DNA of 34,949 nt from Deinococcales bacterium (lineage in GTDB: Bacteria; Deinococcota; Deinococci; Deinococcales; JAAFIG01). Position numbers and translations under genes: made by a program. Positions within the stretch are counted from its first letter, which is position 1. Every line of letters begins with the position of its first letter. Below are positions 8,542-17,121 of this stretch, piece after piece. Location of the stretch: NCBI GenBank assembly GCA_031414595.1, contig JANNVX010000077.1, positions 1 through 34,949 on the forward strand, read 5' to 3'. The notes under the pieces are model-generated. The model saw nothing but the letters and a program-made list of their open reading frames with translations. It was not told where the DNA came from and did not search any database.

Positions 8542-9699
8542 CTATTGCATCGTCTCGAGAGCAGAAGCCCGCATCGCCTCGAGTGCCGCTTCTAAACCAG
8601 TCGTTTTTAAGCCGCTCCCTTGGGCTAAATCTGGTTTTCCGCCACCTTTACCATCAATAAACGGTAAGCCAAGCGCTAAAATATCCCGCGCTTGGGTTTT
8701 GGTATTACGCCCACAAATCACCGCTAAAAGTGCTTTTGAACCATCCACTGCCCCCAAAATGGCAATCAGGTTTTCACGCAAAATACAGGCTTTGGTAAGT
8801 TCTGGCAATAGCGTCGCATCATCTAGCAGATATACCACCACACCACGCAGAAAACTCGAGGCAATGCGGGCTGCCAATTGAGTCCGCAATTGTGAAATTT
8901 CTAGTTTGCAAGCCCCGAGTTCATTCAAGGCTGCCACAGTGCGTTCAGGGACGGAATCCAAGCCACTCGAGAAACGCAAACCCAAAGAAGCCACAAAATC
9001 GTGTTTGAGACGGTAATCCTCGAGCAAGCGTGTTCCGCAATTAAAATAAATTCTGGTTGCGCTGCCTTTAATCCGTTCAATTTTCAGGATTTTAAGAAGT
9101 CCGACTTCGGAGCTTTTACTGGTGTGTGTTCCACCACAAGCGGTGTAATCAAAATCGCCAATCTGCACCACCCGAATCAGACCCTGCACTTTTGACGTGC
9201 GGCGCAACGGAACGGTATGAATTTCCGAGTCTGGTACTTCATATGTACTAATTGGCAGCGCCGCCATAATCGCGTCATTGACCATTTGCTCGGCTTGCAT
9301 TGCCATTTCCCAAGTTGTGACCTCGGTCAAATCCAAAGTACAAACCGAGTGTTCCATATTGACCGCTAGAACATGGAAACCAAGACGAAAAAAAGCCTGT
9401 CCAAGCAAATGCTCGCCCGTGTGCTGCTGCATCGCGTCAAAACGCCGCACCCAATCAAGCTGACCATGTACCTCTGTGCCAAGACTTAAATCGGTATCCA
9501 AATGATGCCAAATTTTTCCTTCCTCGAGACTGGGTTTTTGTACAGGTACACCATTAAGTGCGCCAAGGTCATAAACTTGTCCACCGCCACCGGGATAAAA
9601 TGCGGTTTGAGACAGACAAACTGCGCCTTCTCGAGCCTCAACAACGACAGCCTCAAACGAAGATAAATAAGCATCAGAACGAAATAATTGAACAGTCAT
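8542..9699 (-). CDS. Alanyl-tRNA editing protein (AlaX type) with C-terminal DHHA1 domain
   Basis: TAFYPGGGGQ, Zn ligands QQHTGEH and ACGGTH, C-terminal GKGGGKPDLAQG. Confidence 0.9.
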   Translation of the reverse strand: MTVQLFRSDAYLSSFEAVVVEAREGAVCLSQTAFYPGGGGQVYDLGALNGVPVQKPSLEEGKIWHHLDTDLSLGTEVHGQLDWVRRFDAMQQHTGEHLLGQAFFRLGFHVLAVNMEHSVCTLDLTEVTTWEMAMQAEQMVNDAIMAALPISTYEVPDSEIHTVPLRRTSKVQGLIRVVQIGDFDYTACGGTHTSKSSEVGLLKILKIERIKGSATRIYFNCGTRLLEDYRLKHDFVASLGLRFSSGLDSVPERTVAALNELGACKLEISQLRTQLAARIASSFLRGVVVYLLDDATLLPELTKACILRENLIAILGAVDGSKALLAVICGRNTKTQARDILALGLPFIDGKGGGKPDLAQGSGLKTTGLEAALEAMRASALETMQ

Positions 9700-9768
9700 C
9701 AAACACCCTCACTCGAGAATTACAAATCCAATAACAAGAAATAGAGCAGAAAACGGATTACTCAGGTT

Positions 9769-9792
9769 GGACGAGGCATGCCTCGCCCCTAC
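9769..9792 (-). repeat. Single GTAG-family REP
   Basis: Minus strand GTAGGGGCGAGGCATGCCTCGTCC: GTAG followed by a GC-rich hairpin. Confidence 0.75.
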
Positions 9793-9820
9793 GGTAAAGC
9801 GATCTTTAATCATCGTACTT

Positions 9821-10429
9821 TCACTCGAGAATACAACGCGCTGGAGCGCCATCTGCACCCTCTAAGTTCAGTGGCAAACAGACCAAACGATACCGCCCAG
9901 CTTGAACACCATCCAAGGCTAAACTCTCGAGAATACAGACCCCACTTTTAGCCAATGCCGCATGACCGGGTAAATCGGTGCTGGTTAGGGTATCGGCGCT
10001 TGGTGCGTCTGTACCGATTAAATCAATTCCGTGTTGCGCCAAAAACGGCGGTAAACTTGGGCTGACCACTGCCCACTCGAGCGGAAAAGACTGCCACGCA
10101 TTTGGCTGCCCGGTATAAAATAAAACCTTGGTCACACCCGTTAAATCTAAGTTCCCGAGTAGAGCGGATGTGAGTTCAGTTGCCCCAACCGCATCCACCA
10201 CCAGACACGCCCCGACCCACGTTTTGAGCGGAATTTCGTGGAGTTTAAGACCACTGTCTAAGTAATGCCAAGGGGCATCCACATGTGTCCCCGTATGGGT
10301 ACTCATGCTTATTGCCCCAACATTGACTGGCGCACCCTCGGCAATTTTGACCGGCACGGTGTACGAAACTGGGGTATCACCAATCCAATTTGGACTAGAA
10401 TTTGAGATTCGGCGTGTAATATCAATCAT
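9821..10429 (-). CDS. kynB: Cyclase family protein / kynurenine formamidase
   Basis: HTGTHVDAPWH, IGTDAPSAD, ILESL, DGAPAR. ATG 10429 overlaps the prmA stop (ATGA). Confidence 0.8.
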   Translation of the reverse strand: MIDITRRISNSSPNWIGDTPVSYTVPVKIAEGAPVNVGAISMSTHTGTHVDAPWHYLDSGLKLHEIPLKTWVGACLVVDAVGATELTSALLGNLDLTGVTKVLFYTGQPNAWQSFPLEWAVVSPSLPPFLAQHGIDLIGTDAPSADTLTSTDLPGHAALAKSGVCILESLALDGVQAGRYRLVCLPLNLEGADGAPARCILE

Positions 10430-11244
10430 AAGACCGCCTCGAGCAGCACCCAATCCGCCATTTGTTCACGCCGTAAGAGCTTAAAACCATGCTCGAGTAA
10501 CACATTTAGCACCAAGTTTTCACGCCCACTCGAGGTATCCCACGTGATTTGTTCGGCTGCATCAGCTTGCTCAGTTCCCGCTAAAATGCCCGTTAAAATT
10601 AAACGCCCATCCTTTGCCAAAGCTGATTTATACTGCGACATAAGCATCGCGTGAAGCTCGGCAAATAAATTTGCCACAACCACATCAAACGGCGCAAATG
10701 GCAACATATCCTCGAGAACCCCAGCTTGGAAATCTATCTGTACATGGTTTTGAGTCGCATTCTCGAGCGCCACTTTGAGGGTACTGGCATCATTGTCCAC
10801 ACCAAAGGCTTCTGCCCCAAGTTTGGCTGCCACGATTGCTAGAATTCCTGTACCAGCCCCGACATCCAAGACTTTTTTACCCTCGAGATTAAGACCCTGC
10901 AAGGCTAAAATTGCCATATGGGTTGTCTGATGCTGCCCCGTGCCGAATGCCAAACCGGGTTCAAGCAACAACTGCACCTTGGCATGACCAGCAGGCTCGA
11001 GCCACGGCGGGGTAATGGTTACATCGCCAATACTGACTGGCAGTACACTGGCACGGTAGGCGGCGATCCAGTCGGTATCATCGGCTTTGGTCCATGTGCC
11101 AGCAAAAGGCAAAGGAATTTGAGTCTCAAAAAAAGCCAGCACCGAACCATCATCTTCGGTTAAACCCTGACAGCCAGCCTCCCAGAGGTCTGGGGTGACG
11201 GCATCTAAATTCTCGAGCGTTCCAAGTAAACGGTATATGTACAC
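10426..11244 (-). CDS. prmA: Ribosomal protein L11 methyltransferase
   Basis: LEPGLAFGTGQHQTT, VLDVGAGTGIL, VVANL; leaderless GTG start after TAGAAT. Confidence 0.9.
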   Translation of the reverse strand: MYIYRLLGTLENLDAVTPDLWEAGCQGLTEDDGSVLAFFETQIPLPFAGTWTKADDTDWIAAYRASVLPVSIGDVTITPPWLEPAGHAKVQLLLEPGLAFGTGQHQTTHMAILALQGLNLEGKKVLDVGAGTGILAIVAAKLGAEAFGVDNDASTLKVALENATQNHVQIDFQAGVLEDMLPFAPFDVVVANLFAELHAMLMSQYKSALAKDGRLILTGILAGTEQADAAEQITWDTSSGRENLVLNVLLEHGFKLLRREQMADWVLLEAVL

Positions 11245-11269
11245 CTTTGCATTCTAAGGGTCTTACAGT

Positions 11270-11305
11270 AAAACAAAAAAGGGCGAACACAAAGTTCGCC
11301 CTTAC
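11270..11305 (-). terminator. rpsO terminator formed by a REP-like hairpin
   Basis: Minus strand GTAAGGGCGAACTTTGTGTTCGCCC followed by TTTTTTGTTTT; same family as the REP at 16961-16987. Confidence 0.7.
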
Positions 11306-11310
11306 AGATG

Positions 11311-11354
11311 CCCAACTGCTTTAGCGGCGCATGTACCCAACTGCTTTAGCGGCG
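11311..11354. repeat. 19-bp direct repeat duplicating the rpsO 3' end
   Basis: CCCAACTGCTTTAGCGGCG at 11311-11329 and 11336-11354. Confidence 0.85.
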
Positions 11355-11615
11355 TAAGCCCAAGCGTTCAATCAGTTTCTTATAGGCTTCTGGACTATTC
11401 TCGCGCATATAACGCGATAAACGATTACGTTGACCAACAAGAAGTTGCAAACCACGTTGACCGTGCTTGTCTTTTTTATTGCCATTTAAGTGGCTCGACA
11501 AGTTGTTAATGCGGTGGGTCAGAACAGCAATTTGAACTTGGGTGCTGCCTGTGTCGCCCTCGAAGGTGGCGTAATCCTTAATCACTTTGGTTTTTTCGGG
11601 TGGTAAAAATGACAT
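11346..11615 (-). CDS. rpsO: 30S ribosomal protein S15
   Basis: [32 protein letters not shown]; 89 aa from ATG 11615 after GAGGT. Confidence 0.97.
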   Translation of the reverse strand: MSFLPPEKTKVIKDYATFEGDTGSTQVQIAVLTHRINNLSSHLNGNKKDKHGQRGLQLLVGQRNRLSRYMRENSPEAYKKLIERLGLRR

Positions 11616-11722
11616 GTGTAATACCTCTTTTTTTTTAAGTCCGGCAAGCTTGAGCCACGCCAAAGGTGCGTACCCTTACTCCCGCGAGGGAAGACGGTAT
11701 CACACCTGACTCGAGAAGACAA
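11616..11722 (-). promoter_or_regulatory. rpsO promoter and putative S15 autoregulatory leader
   Basis: TTGTCT-17 nt-TACCGT with upstream TG (11722-11694). The leader can pair TAAG/CTTA enclosing ACGC/GCGT and GGC/GCC stems (three-way junction) next to the SD. Confidence 0.55.
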
Positions 11723-11739
11723 GGGCAGTTTTGGGTGAG

Positions 11740-11775
11740 TCATGGCTCGAGTCTATGGTTTTGCTACAATGACAA
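11740..11775 (+). repeat. 36-bp duplicated promoter-like cassette (copy 2, no gene downstream)
   Basis: Identical to the reverse complement of 2427-2462. Confidence 0.8.
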
Positions 11776-11815
11776 GTGGTTCGAGCAGCACGTTCTTGCC
11801 AATAGTATTACAGGT

Positions 11816-12235
11816 CTAATTCAAAATTCGTTTATTGCTCGGCTCGAGATTGGGCAAATTCTGCGAAATAAACCCCGGCGGTTCGTACAACATAAAAAGC
11901 GGCAGTTCAGCTTGAAAAATCGCGCCATCAGCCGCAATAAAAGTGTAATAGCCACGCATTGAACCCGGCGGGTTTTGAATTGGAACAATGCTGTGATAGC
12001 GATATGTCTGCCCAACAGCAATGATTGGTTGTTCGCCAACCACGCCTTCGCCTTCTATTTCTTGTTCAAAGCCTTGGGCATCCCTAATAAAAAAGTGTCG
12101 TCGCAATAACTGAGCGCTTTGTATTCCACAATTGTGCATCGTAATAAAGTACACATAAACCAAACGGGTTTCGGTTGAATGGGCAGGGGAATACACCACC
12201 TCCACCGAAATATCCACAAGATGCTGACCTTCCAT
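11816..12235 (-). CDS. apaG: ApaG protein
   Basis: YVYFITMHN, QLLRRHFFI, GEGVVGEQP, GSMRGYY. Confidence 0.93.
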   Translation of the reverse strand: MEGQHLVDISVEVVYSPAHSTETRLVYVYFITMHNCGIQSAQLLRRHFFIRDAQGFEQEIEGEGVVGEQPIIAVGQTYRYHSIVPIQNPPGSMRGYYTFIAADGAIFQAELPLFMLYEPPGFISQNLPNLEPSNKRILN

Positions 12236-12280
12236 AGACTGAGCTTAGAACAAAAAGAGGCAGCAAGGCAAGGCGAAAGT

Positions 12281-13009
12281 TTAACGCTCAGAGCTTTTTA
12301 CCCCAACATGAATCGCAGCCAGTCCAGCCGTGAGGACGGTGTAGCGGGTTTCAAAACCAACTTCCTGCATCAGGGCAGCTAAGATTCCTGGTTTTGGAAA
12401 AGCAATCACGCTTTCGGGTAGGTACTTATAGGCTTCTGGTTTGCCTGAAATGACTCCACCAATGAATGGCAAAATATGCTTAAAGTACAAGGTATAGGCT
12501 TGACCGAGCAGATTCTCTGGAGGTGGTGGAAACTCGAGAATCACACAACGCCCACCAACCCTTAACACGCGGTGAAATTCTGTAAGTCCCTGCCTAAAAT
12601 CGGCAAAATTGCGAAAACCAAAAGAACAGGAAACCGCTTCAAAACTCGAGTCGGCATACGGCAGGGCGAGGGCATCACCTTGTTCAAATGGAATCTCGAG
12701 GTTTAAGGCTTTGGCTTTGACTCGAGCAATTTCAAGCATTTTTGGGGCAAAATCCGAACCTGTCACTTTTGCATTTGGGGCAAGTTTTTGAATCGCTATC
12801 GCAAAGTCGCCTGTTCCAGTGGCAATATCGAGGATACTTTTTGGATTATTCCCCAGAACTTCTTTGGCGGCTGCCACCCTCCAGCCCTTGTCCACACCCA
12901 TCGAAAGCACTCGGTTTAGGAGGTCGTAGCGCGAGGCAATCGAATCAAACATGGCTTGGACAGCTTTGCCTTTATCTGGGTTTTCGCCAACTTGCGGAGC
13001 GCTTTTCAT
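12281..13009 (-). CDS. menG: Demethylmenaquinone methyltransferase (UbiE/MenG)
   Basis: VQAMFDSIASRYDLLN, ILDIATGTGD, GDALALPY, SFGFRN, AYKYLPES. The second Met was chosen because TG-N-TACCTT lies 6 nt upstream. Confidence 0.9.
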   Translation of the reverse strand: MKSAPQVGENPDKGKAVQAMFDSIASRYDLLNRVLSMGVDKGWRVAAAKEVLGNNPKSILDIATGTGDFAIAIQKLAPNAKVTGSDFAPKMLEIARVKAKALNLEIPFEQGDALALPYADSSFEAVSCSFGFRNFADFRQGLTEFHRVLRVGGRCVILEFPPPPENLLGQAYTLYFKHILPFIGGVISGKPEAYKYLPESVIAFPKPGILAALMQEVGFETRYTVLTAGLAAIHVGVKSSER

Positions 13010-13050
13010 AGGCATAAGGTAACACTGCTTGGTGGCTTTAGTTGTCCCAT

Positions 13051-13800
13051 TTATTTTTGTAGTTTTTTAGCCGCTTCAAACCATTCACGTTCCTGATTTC
13101 TGTATTGCGGTGCAGCCCGTTTTTGGTTTCGCTCGAGTTCACGCAGTACGGTTTGGGCTTCCTCGGTCTTATTTTGGGCAAGCAGTACACTGGCAAGACG
13201 ATAACGCGGTTCTTCGCCACGCACCCCAAGCGCCGCACGGTATAGGTTTTCGGCTTCGGTGTAGGCTTGGCGTTGTTCTAAAATTCGACCCAGTAAAACT
13301 CGAGCCACCCCACGAAGTTCTTCTGGGGCGTTGGGCAAGAGTTCTACGAGTAAATCTTCGGCTTGTAGGGGTTTATTTAGCCCAAATTTGATGCTGGCTA
13401 AGTCAAAGGTCATATGGGCATCATTGCGGTAGACCCCTTGGCGGGTCTGCTCGAGTAAGCCCTCGGCTTTTTCAAACTGACCAGATTCTCGGTAGGCTAC
13501 AGCTAGAGCAATTCGGTTTTGGGCGGTGTCCACATCTTCGAGTTGTTTTTCGAGGTCACGAACCCGCATTGAAACGGGTTTAAGGGTCTCAAAAGCCGCC
13601 CCGAAATTGGCTCGACGCAATTCTGGTAGGACATAGGCAAAAAAATAAAACAATGACCCAAGGTAGGGAATAAACAAGATGATAAAAAACCAGTAAAAAT
13701 CGGCTCGGCGCGATAAGGCATGAATCAAGCAAATAATGGTGATAATCGAAGAAATCCAACCCCAAGGACTCGAGAGAAAAAAGTTTTGCAACCAACCCAT
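13051..13800 (-). CDS. Membrane-anchored tetratricopeptide repeat protein
   Basis: Two N-terminal hydrophobic segments (...W.FIILFIPYLGSLFYFF) followed by TPR-like helices. Confidence 0.8.
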   Translation of the reverse strand: MGWLQNFFLSSPWGWISSIITIICLIHALSRRADFYWFFIILFIPYLGSLFYFFAYVLPELRRANFGAAFETLKPVSMRVRDLEKQLEDVDTAQNRIALAVAYRESGQFEKAEGLLEQTRQGVYRNDAHMTFDLASIKFGLNKPLQAEDLLVELLPNAPEELRGVARVLLGRILEQRQAYTEAENLYRAALGVRGEEPRYRLASVLLAQNKTEEAQTVLRELERNQKRAAPQYRNQEREWFEAAKKLQK

Positions 13801-13827
13801 CTGTGCAGTTTACGATATACTTGGGCA

Positions 13828-14385
13828 ATGATGGCAGGAGTGCATTTTATTCCCAGTGAAGCCGCCGAGTATAAACTCAGGTTGCTGACTCGAGAAGATG
13901 CGCCTTGGAAAATTTCCGACCTTTGGGAGATGCACGGCACACTTCTACTCGAGATTGGCTTAGAAGCCCCACTGAACTTATCGTGCAGTAACCCGATTCG
14001 TTTTGGACTCGAGCCACTGACCGAACTTGCGATGTGGGTAGCCACTGGGCGCACCCCGTTTTTTTCGAGGGTACTTGGCACAAGCAGCCTTGGTACGAGC
14101 AACCATTTGTATCACCGTTGGCGTGGTCAGTACGATGCGGTGCTGCTGCTTGGCGAGCGCGACAGTACCATTGGAATTCAAAAACTCGAGAATGAATATA
14201 AAATTACGGTCTTAGAAACCGATGACCAAACCAGTTTGGAGGATCAAAGCGTGATGGTTTCTCGAGAAGCCCTGCTTTTACTGCCACAAGTTTTTTGGGA
14301 TGACTTAAACGCCTTAGTACAACTGCTTGGGGTCAGGCTCGAGGGTAAAGAACAACAAAAATGGGAGAAATTGCGCCCTTCGTAA
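13828..14385 (+). CDS. Hypothetical protein
   Basis: ORF fills the gap. Start placed at ATG 13828, 6 nt after TATACT, which avoids overlap with the divergent gene. Confidence 0.65.
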   Translation: MMAGVHFIPSEAAEYKLRLLTREDAPWKISDLWEMHGTLLLEIGLEAPLNLSCSNPIRFGLEPLTELAMWVATGRTPFFSRVLGTSSLGTSNHLYHRWRGQYDAVLLLGERDSTIGIQKLENEYKITVLETDDQTSLEDQSVMVSREALLLLPQVFWDDLNALVQLLGVRLEGKEQQKWEKLRPS

Positions 14386-14429
14386 GCCGCATCACAGCTT
14401 AATAATTCTAAATAGCGCACAATAAACCC

Positions 14430-14711
14430 ATGAAAGCCATTTGGAACGGTGTTGTGATTGCAGAGTCCTCGAGTACAGTCGTGGTGGAAGGCAACCATTA
14501 CTTTCCCATAGAAAGCGTCAAGCCTGAATTCTTGCGACCCTCGAGTACCCACACGACCTGTCCGTGGAAAGGGATAGCCAGTTATCACACCCTCGAGGTC
14601 GGCGGTAAGACCAATCCTGATGCGGCGTGGTACTACCCAAGCCCCAAAGATGCCGCCAAGCAAATTACAGGACGGCTGGCTTTTTGGAAGGGTGTGCAAG
14701 TCTCGAGTTAA
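14430..14711 (+). CDS. DUF427 domain protein
   Basis: WNGVVIAES, VEGNHYFP, TTCPWKG.ASY, AAWYYP, AFW. Confidence 0.92.
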   Translation: MKAIWNGVVIAESSSTVVVEGNHYFPIESVKPEFLRPSSTHTTCPWKGIASYHTLEVGGKTNPDAAWYYPSPKDAAKQITGRLAFWKGVQVSS

Positions 14712-14712
14712 A

Positions 14713-14747
14713 GAAGAACACCCCGCCAGTTTTTGCGGGGTACTTTT
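14713..14747. terminator. Hairpin terminator between convergent genes
   Basis: ACCCCGC...GCGGGGT stem followed by ACTTTT. Confidence 0.55.
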
Positions 14748-14756
14748 AGATTAGGC

Positions 14757-16871
14757 TTACTTTGGTAAGACAGCTAATCGTAAGTCAACCAGTACCCGAT
14801 AATTGGCATCGGCTGCGACACAACGGGTAAAGGCATCCCGAGCGGCTGTGACATCCGAGCTTGTGCCAAAAGCCTGATAGGTTTGAAAGTAAATGCTACC
14901 AAGTACAAAGTAGCCTCGAGCATAGGTTTTATCTAAGGCAATGGCTTTATTGGCAGCTTCGATGGCTAAGTCGTAGCGTTGCCTGCCAAGTTCTGCCACG
15001 GCTAAAAATGCGTAAACCACAGCGTTATTCGGCGCAAGTTTAACAAGGTCAATAAAGGCATCTCGAGCCTCGTCGGGGTTAGCGGTTTGCAGTAAGGCAA
15101 TCGCTCGGTACAAAAGGGCGTGAATATCAGTTGGCGCAAGTTTAACTGCACGGTTTAGCGCCGTTAATGCCTCGAGTGGATTTTGTGAATCAATTAAACC
15201 TTGTCCAAGTCGGAATTGGTAGAGGGCTTCACCCGTTAGTTTTGGCACACCTAAACGACGCACATCGGGGACTTCGGTCAGCGAAGCCTTGACTAGATTG
15301 TTGGTATTGTTTAATTTAATGGCGGCATCTAAGGTTTTGCTTGCATCATCGGCACGGTATTCGCGTAACGCCGTAATACCAGTCAAGTACAGCACATCAA
15401 AATCGGTTTGCGGCAATTTAGCTAGAATTGCTTTTGCCCGCTCGAGTCTGCCTGTTTGAATGTACATCCGCGCCACCAGTTTTTGATCTAAGTTGCTTGG
15501 GTAAACCAGTTTAAGGGTACTTTCGGCTTCGTCAAATTTACCTTGTTTAGAAAGCGTGGCTGCCAGTACAAGGTTAGCCCGTTGGAATTTTGGGTCACGT
15601 CCAAGACCTTCGCGGTAAGCTGCAACTGCCCCTACATAATCGCCAATCCGTTCAAGCAAATTACCTCGAGCCAAAGCAAGAATCGCACTGCTCGAGTAAC
15701 GGCTTTCGCCACCAGCAATCAATTGGTTCGCCGCATCGGTATCAAATAAACGACTTGCTAAGCTGTAGACCGTATCTGGCACATCAGGATAGGTTTTAAT
15801 CACTTCTTGTAAATAACTGACCGCGCCTTCACGGTCTAATTCCATCAAGGTATCCAAAACACGGTTGTGCAAACCAACATCATCAGGCATTCTGGCAACG
15901 AGGGCAGTTAATACACTGATTGCCCGTTCAGTATTGCCGTACTGCTCGAGAATATCGGCGGCAGTCACGGCTGCCTCTAAGTAACGCGGGTTATACTGCA
16001 AGGCGAGTTGCAGGGAGTCAAGGGCGCGTTGTACCACGGCTTGGGTGACTGGTGTACTTGAACGCATGATGTAACGCCCATTTAAGTAATGAATTTCTGG
16101 TTTGGCTGGATTGAGTTTAATTGCCGCTTCGATGGCAATTTTGGCTTCTGGGTTTTTACGGGCTGCCACCAATGCCACCACATGAGCCGCTTGCACAAAA
16201 GGGTCGCTTGGGGCTGCTTTGGCGGCTGTATTCATCAGTGCTAAGCCCTCATCGTTTTTATTTGCGCCAATAAAGACCAATGCCCGACCCGCCAACGCCC
16301 AAGGATTCTGACCCGCTTTCTCGAGAATCGCGCCGTTGCCTTCCGAACCGGGTGCTGCACTGGCTGTGACCACATCGGCGGCGGGCAAACTGCGTTCTAC
16401 AGCCGCCAGTTGTTGTGTATCGGTGCTGTTTGGTTTTAAGCCAAGGGCAGTAATTAAACTTGCGTTGGAATTTTTGACCAAGGCTGCAAAATCTGCCCCT
16501 CGAGCCACGGCGCTCTTGGTTTCTGTACCGCGTTTTAGGCTGTAGGTAATGGTGTACGCTCCTGCCGTCCCCTCGAGTTTACCGCTTACAAGGGTTTCTA
16601 AGGAAAAAACTTTATCGAGCGTGGCTAAAAAAGCTGGGCGTTGGCGTACCGCACTAAATAAATCCAGTGGAGCGGGCAGAATTGCCCCGTCTATGGTTTC
16701 TAAGCTGCGAGCCACAGCCGTGGGGACAGCCAATGCCAGCACAGAATCGGATGTCTCGAGCGGGTACATGCCAATGCGTTGCCCATTGGCACTACCTGCC
16801 AAAGCAAGCGCAGCCAGAGCAGCGACGGTTAAGAATCGTGATTTCACGCCCGTCATCTTAAAGTCTGGCAT
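14757..16871 (-). CDS. Exported tetratricopeptide repeat protein
   Basis: Signal peptide (FLTVAALAALALAGSANG), an alpha/beta N-terminal domain, then many TPR motifs (A..L.P pattern). Confidence 0.85.
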   Translation of the reverse strand: MPDFKMTGVKSRFLTVAALAALALAGSANGQRIGMYPLETSDSVLALAVPTAVARSLETIDGAILPAPLDLFSAVRQRPAFLATLDKVFSLETLVSGKLEGTAGAYTITYSLKRGTETKSAVARGADFAALVKNSNASLITALGLKPNSTDTQQLAAVERSLPAADVVTASAAPGSEGNGAILEKAGQNPWALAGRALVFIGANKNDEGLALMNTAAKAAPSDPFVQAAHVVALVAARKNPEAKIAIEAAIKLNPAKPEIHYLNGRYIMRSSTPVTQAVVQRALDSLQLALQYNPRYLEAAVTAADILEQYGNTERAISVLTALVARMPDDVGLHNRVLDTLMELDREGAVSYLQEVIKTYPDVPDTVYSLASRLFDTDAANQLIAGGESRYSSSAILALARGNLLERIGDYVGAVAAYREGLGRDPKFQRANLVLAATLSKQGKFDEAESTLKLVYPSNLDQKLVARMYIQTGRLERAKAILAKLPQTDFDVLYLTGITALREYRADDASKTLDAAIKLNNTNNLVKASLTEVPDVRRLGVPKLTGEALYQFRLGQGLIDSQNPLEALTALNRAVKLAPTDIHALLYRAIALLQTANPDEARDAFIDLVKLAPNNAVVYAFLAVAELGRQRYDLAIEAANKAIALDKTYARGYFVLGSIYFQTYQAFGTSSDVTAARDAFTRCVAADANYRVLVDLRLAVLPK

Positions 16872-16960
16872 CTGAGAGATGTAAGAACACGATGAACTTT
16901 AGAACCTACGAAAGGTCTTTAATTTTAGAAGTTTTTTATTGAATACGTGAATGGAAAAAC

Positions 16961-17077
16961 AGGGCGAACACAGGGGTTCGCCCCTACCTCACGTATTGTT
17001 TATGCCATGCCTGTAGGGACAGGCGACCATGCCCGAAGGTGCGCGTATATGGTCAAGACACCCCTGTGTCTGTCCTG
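16961..17077. repeat. GTAG-REP doublet (BIME/REPIN-like), second REP interrupted by a 37-bp insert
   Basis: AGGGCGAACACAGGGGTTCGCCCCTAC, a spacer similar to 34-55, then GTAGGGACAG[37 nt]ACCCCTGTGTCTGTCCTG matching 56-83. Confidence 0.8.
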
Positions 17078-17121
17078 TAACTAACGACGAAATGGCTTTC
17101 CTTTAGAGGCTCTAATGAACT

